From the IMG/VR virus record IMGVR_UViG_3300027659_000033, positions 1-63,887 of that record: DNA of 63,887 bases; one strand, 5' to 3'. Shown here piece after piece: positions 25,948 to 36,729 of this stretch. The position numbers and the translations under genes are program-made. The notes beneath the pieces were generated by a model, which was not told the origin of the DNA, ran no database searches, and saw only the letters and a list, made by a program, of their open reading frames with translations. The stretch's first letter is position 1, and each line of letters starts with the position of its first letter. This stretch comes from a virus. Its lineage: Duplodnaviria > Caudoviricetes.

Positions 25948-28080
25948 TTATATCAAATCCCAAACGTTTGTGCCTACCTTTTTAATTGCAAAGTTTTGGT
26001 CTGCAAGAATAGTTGGTGCAAGAGAACCCCCATTGATAGTGACTCCAACTCCAGCAACAAGGTTAATAGCTCCGGCTGTTGTAGCACGACGAAAATAAAC
26101 TACTGCTCCAGCAGTCCATGCGACAGCAGATTCTGGTGGAACAGTTATATATATCTGATCTACATGTACACATCTGATGTATTGATCTGTATCGCTGAGT
26201 GCAAGCGTACGAGCAGTCGCGGTTTCTGTGACTATGAGCGACTCGATTGAAGGGCCAATTGGACCAGGCGCTCCGTCATCTCCCTTTTGAAGTACAAAGT
26301 CTAAGGTTTGACTTGGACTTGTCCCAGTAATATTGACTTCTGGAAAACTTCCAGAGACTACAGTACCAATTGATAATACATTAGCTGGACCGGTCTCGCC
26401 TTGAAAACCTTGAACTCCTTGAATTCCTTGAATCCCTTGCTCACCTTGAACTCCTTGAATGCCTTGTTCACCAACGGCTCCAACAGCTCCTGAGAGATTT
26501 ACAATCCATGAAGTAAAAGTTCCATCACCTTCAGTGTCTGTAACTATAGCAATCATCTCGCCTGTAGTTGGGTTATAAGAGTCAATCTCAGCATGAATAT
26601 GATTGCTAATATTATGCGAAATAAGAACAGTCTGATTTGTGCTATATGATAAATCTGTTTCTACAGTAAGTGTAATTGTTGTGTCTATTGCTGGAATCAA
26701 CAGATTTGTAGATGATGTTGTCTGATATTTGTCACCAGCTAATCCGTGTTCGCCTTGAACTCCTTGAATTCCCTGAACTCCTTGAATTCCCTGAACTCCT
26801 TGAATGCCTTGAAGACCTTGCTCACCCTGAAGACCTTGCTCACCCTTTGCAGTAATAAGATCCCAAAAAAGACTGCCATTATATGGAGTGTCTCCAGTGT
26901 TTCCACCATGTGTATCTTTACGATAAAATAATTCGCCGTTATAGACAGCAACATCTCCAACTGCATAGCTTGTGCCAATGCTATATTGACCTGTATAATT
27001 CCATAATGCATCTGCACCATCTAAACCAGGTTCCCCGGGATCGCCTTTATCTCCCTTTGGGCCTTGTGATCCAGAACCGCCACTAGCTCCAACCCATTTT
27101 TTTGTTGATGCATCATATTTAAGATATGCACCATCAACTTTTGCAGTGGTGCGATCAACGTCATTTAAACGGCCAAGCCAAACTTCACCACCTCCACCAA
27201 TTGTAGAGAGTTGGTTATTGACCATACTCTGCCAACTCTTAAATGTTTTTTCTGATTTATCGATATAGCTATCAATATTTGTTTGAGCATTAGATATAAA
27301 CGGTTCAACTATACTGTTGATGTCAGGTATAGTTGCATCTTTTCCTGATGGACCTTCTGGTCCGACTTCACCCTGGGGTCCGACTTCACCACGCTCTCCT
27401 TGAATGCCTGTCTCACCGCGTTCTCCCTTTTCGCCCTGGGGTCCGACTTCACCACGCTCTCCTTGAATGCCTGTCTCACCGCGTAAACCTTGAGGGCCGA
27501 TTTCACCGCGATCTCCTTGCAACCCAACACTGCCTTGAAGCCCCTGCAATCCTTGCTCACCTCTTTCTCCTTGAATGCCTGTCTCGCCACGATCTCCCTT
27601 TTCACCCTGTGGACCGGTCTCGCCTTGTGGTCCCGTCTCACCGCTTAATCCTTGAAGTCCAATCTCGCCTTGAAGTCCTGTCTCACCACTCTCTCCTCTT
27701 TCTCCTTGAATGCCTGTCTCACCACGTAAACCTTGAGGCCCGATTTCACCGCGATCTCCTTGGAATCCAACCTCGCCTTGAATGCCCGTCTCACCACGCT
27801 CTCCGTGTGGACCGGTCTCGCCTTGAATGCCTTGTAATCCTATCTCACCCCGCTCTCCCTTTTCACCACGAAAACCTTGAGGTCCAATTTCACCTCTTAA
27901 GCCTTGAGGTCCACGCTCACCATTTGATCCTCTATCTCCTTTAGGTCCAGGAGTAGCTTCGATTGTACGAGTAGCATACTCTAAAGAATCGATCTTTTCT
28001 ACTATTGGTTCTAGTTGTTTTTGGAGTTTTTTATATAGAGCAACTGGTAATATAGCATTAACATCACTAAGATCTGACAT
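25948..28080 (-). CDS. Collagen-like triple-helix fibre protein
   Basis: Long Gly-X-Y tracts; GGGGEVWLGRLNDVD..LKYDASTKKW; C-terminal TLALSD..ITVP..W beta-domain. Confidence 0.9.
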   Translation of the reverse strand: MSDLSDVNAILPVALYKKLQKQLEPIVEKIDSLEYATRTIEATPGPKGDRGSNGERGPQGLRGEIGPQGFRGEKGERGEIGLQGIQGETGPHGERGETGIQGEVGFQGDRGEIGPQGLRGETGIQGERGESGETGLQGEIGLQGLSGETGPQGETGPQGEKGDRGETGIQGERGEQGLQGLQGSVGLQGDRGEIGPQGLRGETGIQGERGEVGPQGEKGERGETGIQGERGEVGPQGEVGPEGPSGKDATIPDINSIVEPFISNAQTNIDSYIDKSEKTFKSWQSMVNNQLSTIGGGGEVWLGRLNDVDRTTAKVDGAYLKYDASTKKWVGASGGSGSQGPKGDKGDPGEPGLDGADALWNYTGQYSIGTSYAVGDVAVYNGELFYRKDTHGGNTGDTPYNGSLFWDLITAKGEQGLQGEQGLQGIQGVQGIQGVQGIQGVQGEHGLAGDKYQTTSSTNLLIPAIDTTITLTVETDLSYSTNQTVLISHNISNHIHAEIDSYNPTTGEMIAIVTDTEGDGTFTSWIVNLSGAVGAVGEQGIQGVQGEQGIQGIQGVQGFQGETGPANVLSIGTVVSGSFPEVNITGTSPSQTLDFVLQKGDDGAPGPIGPSIESLIVTETATARTLALSDTDQYIRCVHVDQIYITVPPESAVAWTAGAVVYFRRATTAGAINLVAGVGVTINGGSLAPTILADQNFAIKKVGTNVWDLI
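27340..27950. repeat. Degenerate 9-nt-period tandem repeats encoding collagen Gly-X-Y (also 18-bp units at ~26754-26845)
   Basis: Recurrent ccttgaatgcctgtctcacc and gtccgacttcacc units. Confidence 0.85.
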
Positions 28081-28084
28081 GTCG

Positions 28085-29719
28085 TTATTCTTCTAGAATT
28101 TTAGTCATGCTCTCAATCATTTTTAATTGAGCTTCATGAATTTCTTCTTTATGAGTATTATCTATATGTAAATTGTTTTCGTTATTTGTAAACTCAGTAT
28201 CATCAACAGCGTCGCTAACTGTGTCATCAGTCGAACCTGAAGTATCATCTTCTGGTTTTTCTTCTGCAATCTCAGAATCCATTCTTTCAACGTCAGCGTC
28301 AGACTGATTTAGTATGTTACTGCGTACCCATTTGTCACTGTAATATTTACCAATATGAGAACTTATGGTATCAAGCATGCCTATGCGTTCTCTCATAATC
28401 TCAAAGTCTTTAAGCTCAGAAAAATAGTTATCTTCAATATAGTCAACTGATATGCCTTCACGTATAGTTTCCCAATCGGATTGAGTACAAATACCCTTTA
28501 ATATTAGTTGTACTCGTAGCGCCTCAATAAATATCAACGAAAACTTTTTACGCAGTCTGTTGATAAACTTTTGAAACTTAACCTCTTCCCGAGAAATTTC
28601 ACTCGCACGTCCAATATTAAATCCAGACTCGCTATCAAGACGATTAGCTGGTACATTTAGTGCACGATAAAGCTTCTTTTGGAAAAAGATTACGTCTTCA
28701 ATTTGGCTAAGATTGTCTCCGCCTGGAAGCGTAGTAATTTCTGTACCACGACCCCCTTCACGACGAGGCAACCAAAAATCTTCAAGCATACTCATGCTCT
28801 TACGGTCATCACGTATTTCGCCGGTATTTGCATCATACACAAGTTTGTTACGATACTTTGCCATAATCCCTTGTACATATTCCTCGGCCTTACCCTTTGG
28901 TAAGTTACCAATATCAATATAGAAGATACGACGTTCTGGCGCCCGTGATATACGATAAATCACGAGTGCATCTTCCATCATACGCAACTGATTTACGAGC
29001 TTTACACTCTTATGCAGATATGAAACAGCAAATTTATTGCTTTCATCAAGCATCCCAGAAGGAGCATAAACTATGCTATTTGGGTCAATTTTAAACCCGC
29101 TGCTGGTGTTAAAGTCATCTGAATATAAGAAATATTCTGCGGTAACTTCTGAAGTTTTTACTCCAGTATTTTTATCAACCTTATTGGTTATTTCTTTGAC
29201 CTTTTTAATCTTTAATGGGTCAATTGCTCTTAACTCCTTGATGCCCTCTTTTGGCTTTTTAGGGTCAACCATAATATGATAATACAACTTACCGTCAATA
29301 TACCACTTTCTAAAAATATCTTGACCGCTATAGTTAAACGACAACAGTTTAGTTATCTTATCAAACTCTTCAAGTATTTTTTTCTTAATGTTTTCAGGTT
29401 GCTCTAGATTGTCGAGTATAAGATTAACCGGAGAGCCATCAGAGTCAGACACTATTGCAGCATTTATAATGTCAGATATAGCTGAATCACATTCTGGTTG
29501 AATTGCTGCTGCACGACATTTTAGGATAATGTCCTTTTCATTTGTCAGTGCTGCGCCGTCAATATCAAGTACCTGACCATAATAACCAGCTGTAGCTGAT
29601 GAAGTTACAATAGAGGTACCATCATTTTCTACCGGAGCAGAAAATGATGGTACCTTATTAAAGTCAGGAGTATCTTTTTTATTGATTACCTTGGATAATT
29701 CATAGCCGAATAGCTTCAT
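28085..29719 (-). CDS. gp20: Portal vertex protein
   Basis: EDALVIYRISRAPERRIFYIDIGNLPK, EDFWLPRREGGRGTEITTLPGG; late promoter at 29726-29733. Confidence 0.98.
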   Translation of the reverse strand: MKLFGYELSKVINKKDTPDFNKVPSFSAPVENDGTSIVTSSATAGYYGQVLDIDGAALTNEKDIILKCRAAAIQPECDSAISDIINAAIVSDSDGSPVNLILDNLEQPENIKKKILEEFDKITKLLSFNYSGQDIFRKWYIDGKLYYHIMVDPKKPKEGIKELRAIDPLKIKKVKEITNKVDKNTGVKTSEVTAEYFLYSDDFNTSSGFKIDPNSIVYAPSGMLDESNKFAVSYLHKSVKLVNQLRMMEDALVIYRISRAPERRIFYIDIGNLPKGKAEEYVQGIMAKYRNKLVYDANTGEIRDDRKSMSMLEDFWLPRREGGRGTEITTLPGGDNLSQIEDVIFFQKKLYRALNVPANRLDSESGFNIGRASEISREEVKFQKFINRLRKKFSLIFIEALRVQLILKGICTQSDWETIREGISVDYIEDNYFSELKDFEIMRERIGMLDTISSHIGKYYSDKWVRSNILNQSDADVERMDSEIAEEKPEDDTSGSTDDTVSDAVDDTEFTNNENNLHIDNTHKEEIHEAQLKMIESMTKILEE

Positions 29720-29749
29720 AATATATATTTATAACCCAAATATCAGTAC

Positions 29750-30295
29750 TTATTGATTAGTACTAGTACTTTGACCAGAAGTCCAATATTGATAATTAAA
29801 TTCAACAGTAAATTCTTCTACTGCATCATTTGTTTCATAGTTTAAGTCAATTGCACTGATATTCGTTGGAAATGCATCAACGAAATTATATGATTTGGTA
29901 GAAGTAGCTGTAAAATCGCGATTTAATTGATAAATTTGTAAATCTCGATAATAATTTAATCCAGGCAAACCAGTTGTATTTGATACGTTACGATTGATTA
30001 GATCCATCCAACTCTCAAATGCGTTACGAATTTCCATACCTACGTCATTAATTACGGTGACTGTCCATGGTTCGAACGTGCGGTCACCCGCTACCTTTAA
30101 TTTACGGCCGCGATACGGCACTTCAATTGGCGCAATTATGCTAGCTGGAAGTTGTGCCGCTTTAATCATGAATCGTGATAATCCCTGAGCTGAACCCGCG
30201 CCAGTTACCGCTGCTGGAAAAGTAATTTCCGCCTGAAATAAATTTGGACGTGCTCCGCCTGCGAATTGACCTTTAAAATTTGTTATATTACTCAT
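29750..30295 (-). CDS. gp19: Tail tube protein
   Basis: GGARPNLF, KVAGDRTFEPWTVTVIND, FPTNISAIDL; late promoter at 30319-30326. Confidence 0.96.
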   Translation of the reverse strand: MSNITNFKGQFAGGARPNLFQAEITFPAAVTGAGSAQGLSRFMIKAAQLPASIIAPIEVPYRGRKLKVAGDRTFEPWTVTVINDVGMEIRNAFESWMDLINRNVSNTTGLPGLNYYRDLQIYQLNRDFTATSTKSYNFVDAFPTNISAIDLNYETNDAVEEFTVEFNYQYWTSGQSTSTNQ

Positions 30296-30331
30296 TGTTG
30301 TTTAGTTATAGTTTTAGTTATTTATAATAAA

Positions 30332-32065
30332 TTATGCACCTAATTCGCTAAATGTTACACCAGAACGTGTTGCTACAAAATTAAGAGAAATAAAGTTAAT
30401 TGAACGTGCTGGTTTGATATAAATATCAGCCACAAATCCGTTAGTATCTATAACTTGTGGCGTATTATTAGATTCATCGCATACTACTTTATATTCAATA
30501 ATACCACGACGACCTTGAATGTCTCGTAAGTATGGATTAATTATATTAATAAATGCGCTTCGCGTAAACTCGTCATTTAATTCAAATAATTGATACTTGG
30601 CTGCAACAGTAATTGCTTTTTGCACCGCAATAAATAGACGACGTACGTTAATGCGATCAAATGCAGAAGGACGCTTTTGACCGGTCTTATCTCCATAGAG
30701 AATAACACCTTGACCCGGAGTATTTATGATTGGATTTATATTTGAATTGTATAAATCGTCACGATCAGTTGTTCTAGGATTGTATGCTAGTTTAGTAATA
30801 CCACGTAACTGACCACGATTAAACCCAGCTGGCGAGAACCATGGATCAGCAATTTCATCGGTATACGCGCAAAGACCGGCTAAGTGACCACATGCTGGAA
30901 TCCATTCGTATCTGTCAGAATAGCGGTTATAAACATACACCGGAGTACTATCGAGTACTGTAAAACTACGTATTCTATCGGAGCTGGCAACCAGCATGTC
31001 GCGCCAATTCAGTAATGCAGTTAGTTTACCTGCGTCACTAGTTATTTTATAAAGGTTTAACGGCGCAGATAAAAATACCATTATATCTTCACGGACACCA
31101 GCCAATCCGATAAGTGCATTATTAATTTCTGCATTAATATCATTTTCAAATGCCTCAGCAAATACTAAACTTGCATTAACATTATCAGTGTCTTCTAGTA
31201 CACCCATTGCATTTACAACAGTGTTTATTTTGTGCTCACCATTGGCACCACCACTAAATGTGATATTTCCATCCCTACCGTTCAATGTATATTTATTAGT
31301 GCTATCTAACGTTACAACGTCATCTGCGTCACCAACAAAGATATATGACGAACCATTATTAATTACGTCTACCCAATAATTTGTCGATCCAGCCGTAGTA
31401 CGAGAGTCACGCGCAAGTGACAAACTTTCCCATGTTTCTAATACTGTATCCTTTTGACCAGTGAATCCGCCATGAGTGTCATAGATTACGATGTGTATTT
31501 CGTCATCTGTATAGATTGTCTCAGAGATTTCCTCGGCCCAGGGGCTCGTGGACGGAGTTGTATAGAAATATCTTTTAATTTCTTTCAGGTTATTAGTATC
31601 TGATAATGTCGTATTATTTGCATGAAAAATTTGTACACGCAATGAGTTGCCAACTAAACCAGGATAGCGAGCATAGAGTGCTGCAGTAAGACTGCTGCTA
31701 GTCACCGTATCAAAGCCTGTTTGGTTTGGTATGAATAGCGGCTCCGCGTCCTGGGCGTAGCCGGAGGTGGTGCCTTTAGCATTTAATGCACTATCACTAT
31801 CAGCGGCGCGAACCACTTTTAATGAATTACCATACTTTAAAAAGCTCGAAGCAGTCAAGAACGATGTTGCAAGAGGATCGTTACTTTTAGTTGGAACAGT
31901 GTATGTTTGTCCTAGAATAGTTTCAGATGTAATATTTACTATTTCATCTACCGGTCCCCAATTGAAGTGACCAATGTATGCACCAATTGATGCTGCGACT
32001 GGTTGTACTGCGGGTGTTAAGTCTGTTTCTCTGGTTTGTACGCCTACGCTTGTTAATGTTGCCAT
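30332..32065 (-). CDS. gp18: Tail sheath protein
   Basis: FNWGPVDE, PWFSPAGFNRG, AFDRINVRRLF, IKPARSINFISLNFVATR; late promoter at 32130-32137. Confidence 0.96.
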   Translation of the reverse strand: MATLTSVGVQTRETDLTPAVQPVAASIGAYIGHFNWGPVDEIVNITSETILGQTYTVPTKSNDPLATSFLTASSFLKYGNSLKVVRAADSDSALNAKGTTSGYAQDAEPLFIPNQTGFDTVTSSSLTAALYARYPGLVGNSLRVQIFHANNTTLSDTNNLKEIKRYFYTTPSTSPWAEEISETIYTDDEIHIVIYDTHGGFTGQKDTVLETWESLSLARDSRTTAGSTNYWVDVINNGSSYIFVGDADDVVTLDSTNKYTLNGRDGNITFSGGANGEHKINTVVNAMGVLEDTDNVNASLVFAEAFENDINAEINNALIGLAGVREDIMVFLSAPLNLYKITSDAGKLTALLNWRDMLVASSDRIRSFTVLDSTPVYVYNRYSDRYEWIPACGHLAGLCAYTDEIADPWFSPAGFNRGQLRGITKLAYNPRTTDRDDLYNSNINPIINTPGQGVILYGDKTGQKRPSAFDRINVRRLFIAVQKAITVAAKYQLFELNDEFTRSAFINIINPYLRDIQGRRGIIEYKVVCDESNNTPQVIDTNGFVADIYIKPARSINFISLNFVATRSGVTFSELGA

Positions 32066-32148
32066 ATATTTTTTTCAGTTATTGTTGATTATAAGTTTGA
32101 TACATAATAAGAAAATTTCAATCTATCGTTATTTATAAAAAGTCACTT

Positions 32149-33765
32149 TTACAAGGCATTCCATTCTTGTAGTGCTGATACCTGCCGTTCATAGTCAACC
32201 ATACTAGGGGTACTACTAGAAACAGGACTGTCGAATATGCCAAACGGAGGCAAGTCTTCTTCCATTTCGCGTATCTTTTCGCTGTAGAGCAGCGATTTTA
32301 ATTCAATATTACTGAGTCCTCCAAATGCATCTGTGCTCACAAACCAAGCAAAAAGCACGAGGTTCATAACCATGTCGTCATGGGTGTTTCCACGAGCAGC
32401 ATAGCTGTCTCCCTTTGGCTCAAAACTACTAAGTTCAACTATTGTGTCTGGGTCACATAATTGAAGCTTGCCACTTTCAAGCAAGTCTTTTAAATTACTA
32501 CACCCAATACGTTTTACGCGTTTTGTCATAGTAACCCCAATACCGCTACTCTTTACAGCACTTTGCACAAACGTATTGTCATATTCATAGTCATAGTAGA
32601 TTGCATTACAAACAACCTGACCAGCATCATTATTTTCAACTATTACAAGTGCTTCATTATACGTCTTTGCCGCACGAACAATAAATTCTGGAAACATAAG
32701 TGGAGACACTAGGTTGTCTCGATATGTGCACACTTGTTTAAACGCGCCATCGACTCCAGATATATTAAATATTGTAAAGGTACTATAGTCTTGACCACGA
32801 CCTTTACTAACATCAACCGTCATTATATAGTCATGACCTTCAACTGGTTCAGCATAATATCGTATGCCATGTTGTAGTTGTAATGGTTCATGTGACTGCA
32901 ATCCTAATAGCGTGTCTGAACCTATTAGTGTCTGCGAACTGCCAATAAAGTTTACTTCAAATTCTTGGCGAAATTGAAGTTCGCTACTGTTTGCAATAGT
33001 CTGACGTTTCCATTCATCGTCACGACCTGGCACATCATTCCAACGAATAGTAAACGGTTTAAACTCATTTGTAGCCTGTATTGCGCCTTCCCAAAGCTTA
33101 TAAAACATATTACCAATTCCATTAGGTGTGCTAGTAATAATAACCTTTGTGTCTTTACCAGATGAAATAACAGGATAAACTCCGGTATAAAATGCACTAG
33201 CATTATCAACAAATGCAAACTCATCAAGAAACAAAAGTGATATACTCATACCACGAATACTTGAGCTTGAAGTTGCTGCGCAAATAATTCGTGAGTTATT
33301 TGAAAAGTCGATATTTCCTTTATTTAATGCTTTACACCCCGGTTGCAACCAAAATGGAAGATTTTCAAGCATTAGACATATGCGAGACAACATTTCACGC
33401 GCAGTTGCTCCCTTGTTAGCCAAGATTGCAATTGTTTTTTCGCTATGAAAAAGTGCATACCAAAGCAAATAACCACATGTTGAAATTGATTTGCCGCTTT
33501 GGCGGCAAGCTAATATTATATTAAACCTATGTGAATTATAGTGTTGAAATATTTCTCTTTGATATCCATATAACTTAAATGGTACCAAGCCACGATCTAA
33601 ATGAATAACTTTCAAATAGGTTTCACAAAAATAAATTGGATCTTTACTGCACTTGATATATTCATCAATTTGCTCTTTTGTAAAGTTAATGTTAACACCA
33701 TCACGCTTTACATTGGGATTTCCAAGATATCCATTTTCTTTGGTCTTTTGATGATCAACAATCAT
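32149..33765 (-). CDS. gp17: Terminase large subunit
   Basis: YLGNPNVK, RQSGKS, LFLDEFAFV, TSTPNG, HDDMVM. Confidence 0.97.
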   Translation of the reverse strand: MIVDHQKTKENGYLGNPNVKRDGVNINFTKEQIDEYIKCSKDPIYFCETYLKVIHLDRGLVPFKLYGYQREIFQHYNSHRFNIILACRQSGKSISTCGYLLWYALFHSEKTIAILANKGATAREMLSRICLMLENLPFWLQPGCKALNKGNIDFSNNSRIICAATSSSSIRGMSISLLFLDEFAFVDNASAFYTGVYPVISSGKDTKVIITSTPNGIGNMFYKLWEGAIQATNEFKPFTIRWNDVPGRDDEWKRQTIANSSELQFRQEFEVNFIGSSQTLIGSDTLLGLQSHEPLQLQHGIRYYAEPVEGHDYIMTVDVSKGRGQDYSTFTIFNISGVDGAFKQVCTYRDNLVSPLMFPEFIVRAAKTYNEALVIVENNDAGQVVCNAIYYDYEYDNTFVQSAVKSSGIGVTMTKRVKRIGCSNLKDLLESGKLQLCDPDTIVELSSFEPKGDSYAARGNTHDDMVMNLVLFAWFVSTDAFGGLSNIELKSLLYSEKIREMEEDLPPFGIFDSPVSSSTPSMVDYERQVSALQEWNAL

Positions 33766-34552
33766 ATTGTTGTTTTAATTCAATTAATTTATTATTTAAA
33801 AACTCATCGTCTTTAACTGACCAACCAGATCCTAATTTCACGTTATATTGTTTACAAATTTGTCTAATTTCTAATACTACAGGCCTATTAGTCTTTTGTT
33901 GACGAATTACATTTCTTTTTTCTTGTGATATTTTACCTATTGTATTTTTCCAATGCGGCGATAATTTTGTTTTGCTGCATCGTATAGCAGCTAATTTATT
34001 ATCTCTATTTTGTGCTGCCTTTATCGATCGAGGTTTTGCAACATTCTTTCTCCATTCAGAGTCAGCCATGGTATTTTTCATTTTTTCAATACCCCTTATC
34101 CATTTGGTATTTCTCCATTCCCCGTTGTTATATCGTTGAAAAGCTTTATTTCGTATTTTATCGATTACTCCAGGCACATAATTTGCGTTCGTCACGCTAT
34201 ATTTATCCAATAATAATTGGGAATATTCTAATGTTCCAAACGAAGGACATCGTAAATCATTATTGTGACAATTATAAAAATTTATATTGTATGCTGCATT
34301 AATTTTTTTAAGAAATCTAGTCTCATACTGATATGCGCTATGAGAACACGTAAAAATTTTAATTTTTCTAATAATAAATGAATCTAATCCTTCTTTTTCT
34401 ATAATTTTATTAATTATAGGCGATGACGTAGTATATCCGTTGGATGTTAATAATGTTTTTGGATCGCTGTCATCCTTTGAATATTTGCTGCCAGCATAGT
34501 ATTTTTTAGTAATAATATGCTGTATTATATAAAAATATGGAATTGCAGTCAT
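33755..34552 (-). mobile_element. Free-standing GIY-YIG-like homing endonuclease between gp16 and gp17
   Basis: PYFYIIQH..KYYAG..YTTSS..YETRFL..INA..FYN; N-domain homologous to 5077..5919; basic C-terminal half. Confidence 0.75.
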
Positions 34553-35001
34553 TAAACATCAATAGGTTCATCAGTAACACCCCTTAACAACTTTTGAAGT
34601 TCTGTCGTAGTGCCTACAAATATAGCATTATTAGTGGTATTTGGTGCAGATGTCTGTCCCTTTTTATCCTCAACCTGCACAATTTTCTTTCTCTCTTTTT
34701 GCAAACTTAGCAACTGACCGTTTATATCAGCTGCAGTCTTTATCATTCCAGCGAGTACCTCAAATGCACGTGGATGCTCGGCATCACTTGCGAGTGCATG
34801 CATTGTACCTATAGCTTCATCACTTGTAATTATAAGTTTTTTAATTTGTTCTCGAGCAAACTTATAGTCTTCTTCAGCATGCATCACTATTTCGTCATGA
34901 GACGGCCCAACTGGGGCCCCGGTCGCGACGGCAATTTCATGTTTTACTGGTAAAACGTTTTTTTCAAGAGATGCCAGTATGGTATCTTTGTCTTTTTTCA
35001 T
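34552..35001 (-). CDS. gp16: Terminase small subunit
   Basis: DYKFAR, EHPRAFEV, NNAIFVGTTTELQK. Confidence 0.95.
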   Translation of the reverse strand: MKKDKDTILASLEKNVLPVKHEIAVATGAPVGPSHDEIVMHAEEDYKFAREQIKKLIITSDEAIGTMHALASDAEHPRAFEVLAGMIKTAADINGQLLSLQKERKKIVQVEDKKGQTSAPNTTNNAIFVGTTTELQKLLRGVTDEPIDV

Positions 35002-35003
35002 AA

Positions 35004-35780
35004 TTATATGTCGTCATCAAAACCATATGTAGTGATTACTGTATAGTTTTCTGGAGTATCATTCTCAGGATCACCGAGTTCGACACTCACACCATCAATT
35101 GGCAGTGCTGTTGGAGTTATTGGTGTATCATACAAGTCAACATCAACGACTTTAATAATTTTTGCAGGACCAGTCTGTATACCCATAAACTTAAACTTAA
35201 TATCAAAGTCTAGGGTGTAGATAATTGTACGACGGCTGTTGGCAAAATCACCTTCATAGTCGTCCTGTATATTTGTGCCTGTTAATAGTATAGGTACGTC
35301 AGTAACAGAACCCGGGCCCTCAAGGTCTTTTACCGCAACTATATAGTCTGGAGTAAAGTATGGAACGATTTGTTCAAAAACTTGAAGGGCGTCATCCTGG
35401 TGATGTGCAAGTATGCTTAATTGAATGCCAACTTTATATGGAATACTTTGATATACCTTTTTCTGTACATCAGTGTCACCTTCTATTAGATATAACTTGT
35501 TATTAAGTTTATTTAACTTACTTGCCGAATCATATGTTATTGAGGTAATTTCAAAACTCATACGAGGTAACTTGATTGCTACGTCGCCATACTCTTCATT
35601 TTGCATAGAAGCCAGTCGAGCTAAAAACTTTTGTTTTGGACCATATGAAATTGGCACACGTTGTATACCAGTCATTTTGCCATTTACCTTTTTTGCAACA
35701 GACACGTCATTAAAGATTGTGCCAAAAACTGCCACAATCTTTTTTAGATTTCCGTTATAATAATATGAACTGTTTAACAT
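35004..35780 (-). CDS. gp15: Tail sheath stabiliser / completion protein
   Basis: FGTIFND, VPISYGPKQKFLARL, LPRMSFE, EQIVPYFTP. Confidence 0.95.
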   Translation of the reverse strand: MLNSSYYYNGNLKKIVAVFGTIFNDVSVAKKVNGKMTGIQRVPISYGPKQKFLARLASMQNEEYGDVAIKLPRMSFEITSITYDSASKLNKLNNKLYLIEGDTDVQKKVYQSIPYKVGIQLSILAHHQDDALQVFEQIVPYFTPDYIVAVKDLEGPGSVTDVPILLTGTNIQDDYEGDFANSRRTIIYTLDFDIKFKFMGIQTGPAKIIKVVDVDLYDTPITPTALPIDGVSVELGDPENDTPENYTVITTYGFDDDI

Positions 35781-35783
35781 GGT

Positions 35784-36713
35784 TTATGAGGGGTCTCCAA
35801 ATGGGTTGCTTTCACTAAAGTCAATATAGTCGTTGCCTGCAAGTTCAAAAGAACTATTTTGTGTAAGGTCATCATTAACAAAGAGCGCAGCATCTCCATC
35901 ATCCAAATCAACTACAGAAGTTACCGTTGAAGTCGTACCAGAAGTCTGACCCGTTAGTTCAGTATTAGGAGTTAGTGTATGATACTCTTCGTCATCAAAT
36001 GTTAGGGTGCCAAATGTCGCAATTATTCCACCAGGTGTATGTTCATACTGTAACAACTCGGCTGATCCAGTAACCCCAGAAGGCAATGTAATTGTTAACG
36101 TTTCGCCAAGGTTATGTACGTCTCCGCCGTCAAAGTCAAGCAGCGCTCGTGAGCCTTGAGTATGACCAACTTGGATGCTATCAATCTCTGTTATTCCAGT
36201 ATCAATTTCCTGACCGCCATACTCAAACAGTTCGCATGTGAGTTTAAACGTAGGGATAGTAGCCTTTTTATCGCCCGAACCACCAAGTTGGAAAAATGGA
36301 ATCTTATCTTCAACAAATTTAATTTCAAAAAGCCCGCCAGTAAATGGCAAGTAAATGAGGTCACCTTCACGCGGGCGAACACTGTCATTTGTATAGCCAT
36401 GACGTCCAATGAGTGAGTTCCAACGGCGGCTACTGCACACAAGTGTAACCTGATCTCGCGTCTCAAGTCCAAATTTAGTCATGAGGTCGCCGTCACCTTC
36501 AAAGCCATCAACACTCTCGACAAACATTTCAATAAGAAATGAAGCGTCAAAACTTGATATTACATCCTCATTTAAGATAAAGTCTTGCTTTATAATCTTG
36601 CGAGGAATGTAGTAGACGTCGTGTCCCATGATTTTCATAGACTCTATAAGCAAATCTTCAAGAAGGTTTTGCTCGGGTCTATACCGCTGACTAAAATATA
36701 CACTACGTGCCAT
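35784..36713 (-). CDS. gp14: Neck protein
   Basis: EQNLLEDL, DVYYIPR, RPREGDLIY, DFSESNPFG. Confidence 0.95.
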   Translation of the reverse strand: MARSVYFSQRYRPEQNLLEDLLIESMKIMGHDVYYIPRKIIKQDFILNEDVISSFDASFLIEMFVESVDGFEGDGDLMTKFGLETRDQVTLVCSSRRWNSLIGRHGYTNDSVRPREGDLIYLPFTGGLFEIKFVEDKIPFFQLGGSGDKKATIPTFKLTCELFEYGGQEIDTGITEIDSIQVGHTQGSRALLDFDGGDVHNLGETLTITLPSGVTGSAELLQYEHTPGGIIATFGTLTFDDEEYHTLTPNTELTGQTSGTTSTVTSVVDLDDGDAALFVNDDLTQNSSFELAGNDYIDFSESNPFGDPS

Positions 36714-36729
36714 ACTATATTATTTATCC

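Noticed and set aside
26739-27944. Repetitive ORFs (LNSLNS..., EFREFKE..., 203-aa + strand ORF) and a possible CRISPR/VNTR
   Set aside because: Alternative frames of the collagen Gly-X-Y repeats; no repeat-spacer structure
32149-33765. Inteins in terminase, polymerase or helicase
   Set aside because: Lengths are normal and no intein splice motifs were seen
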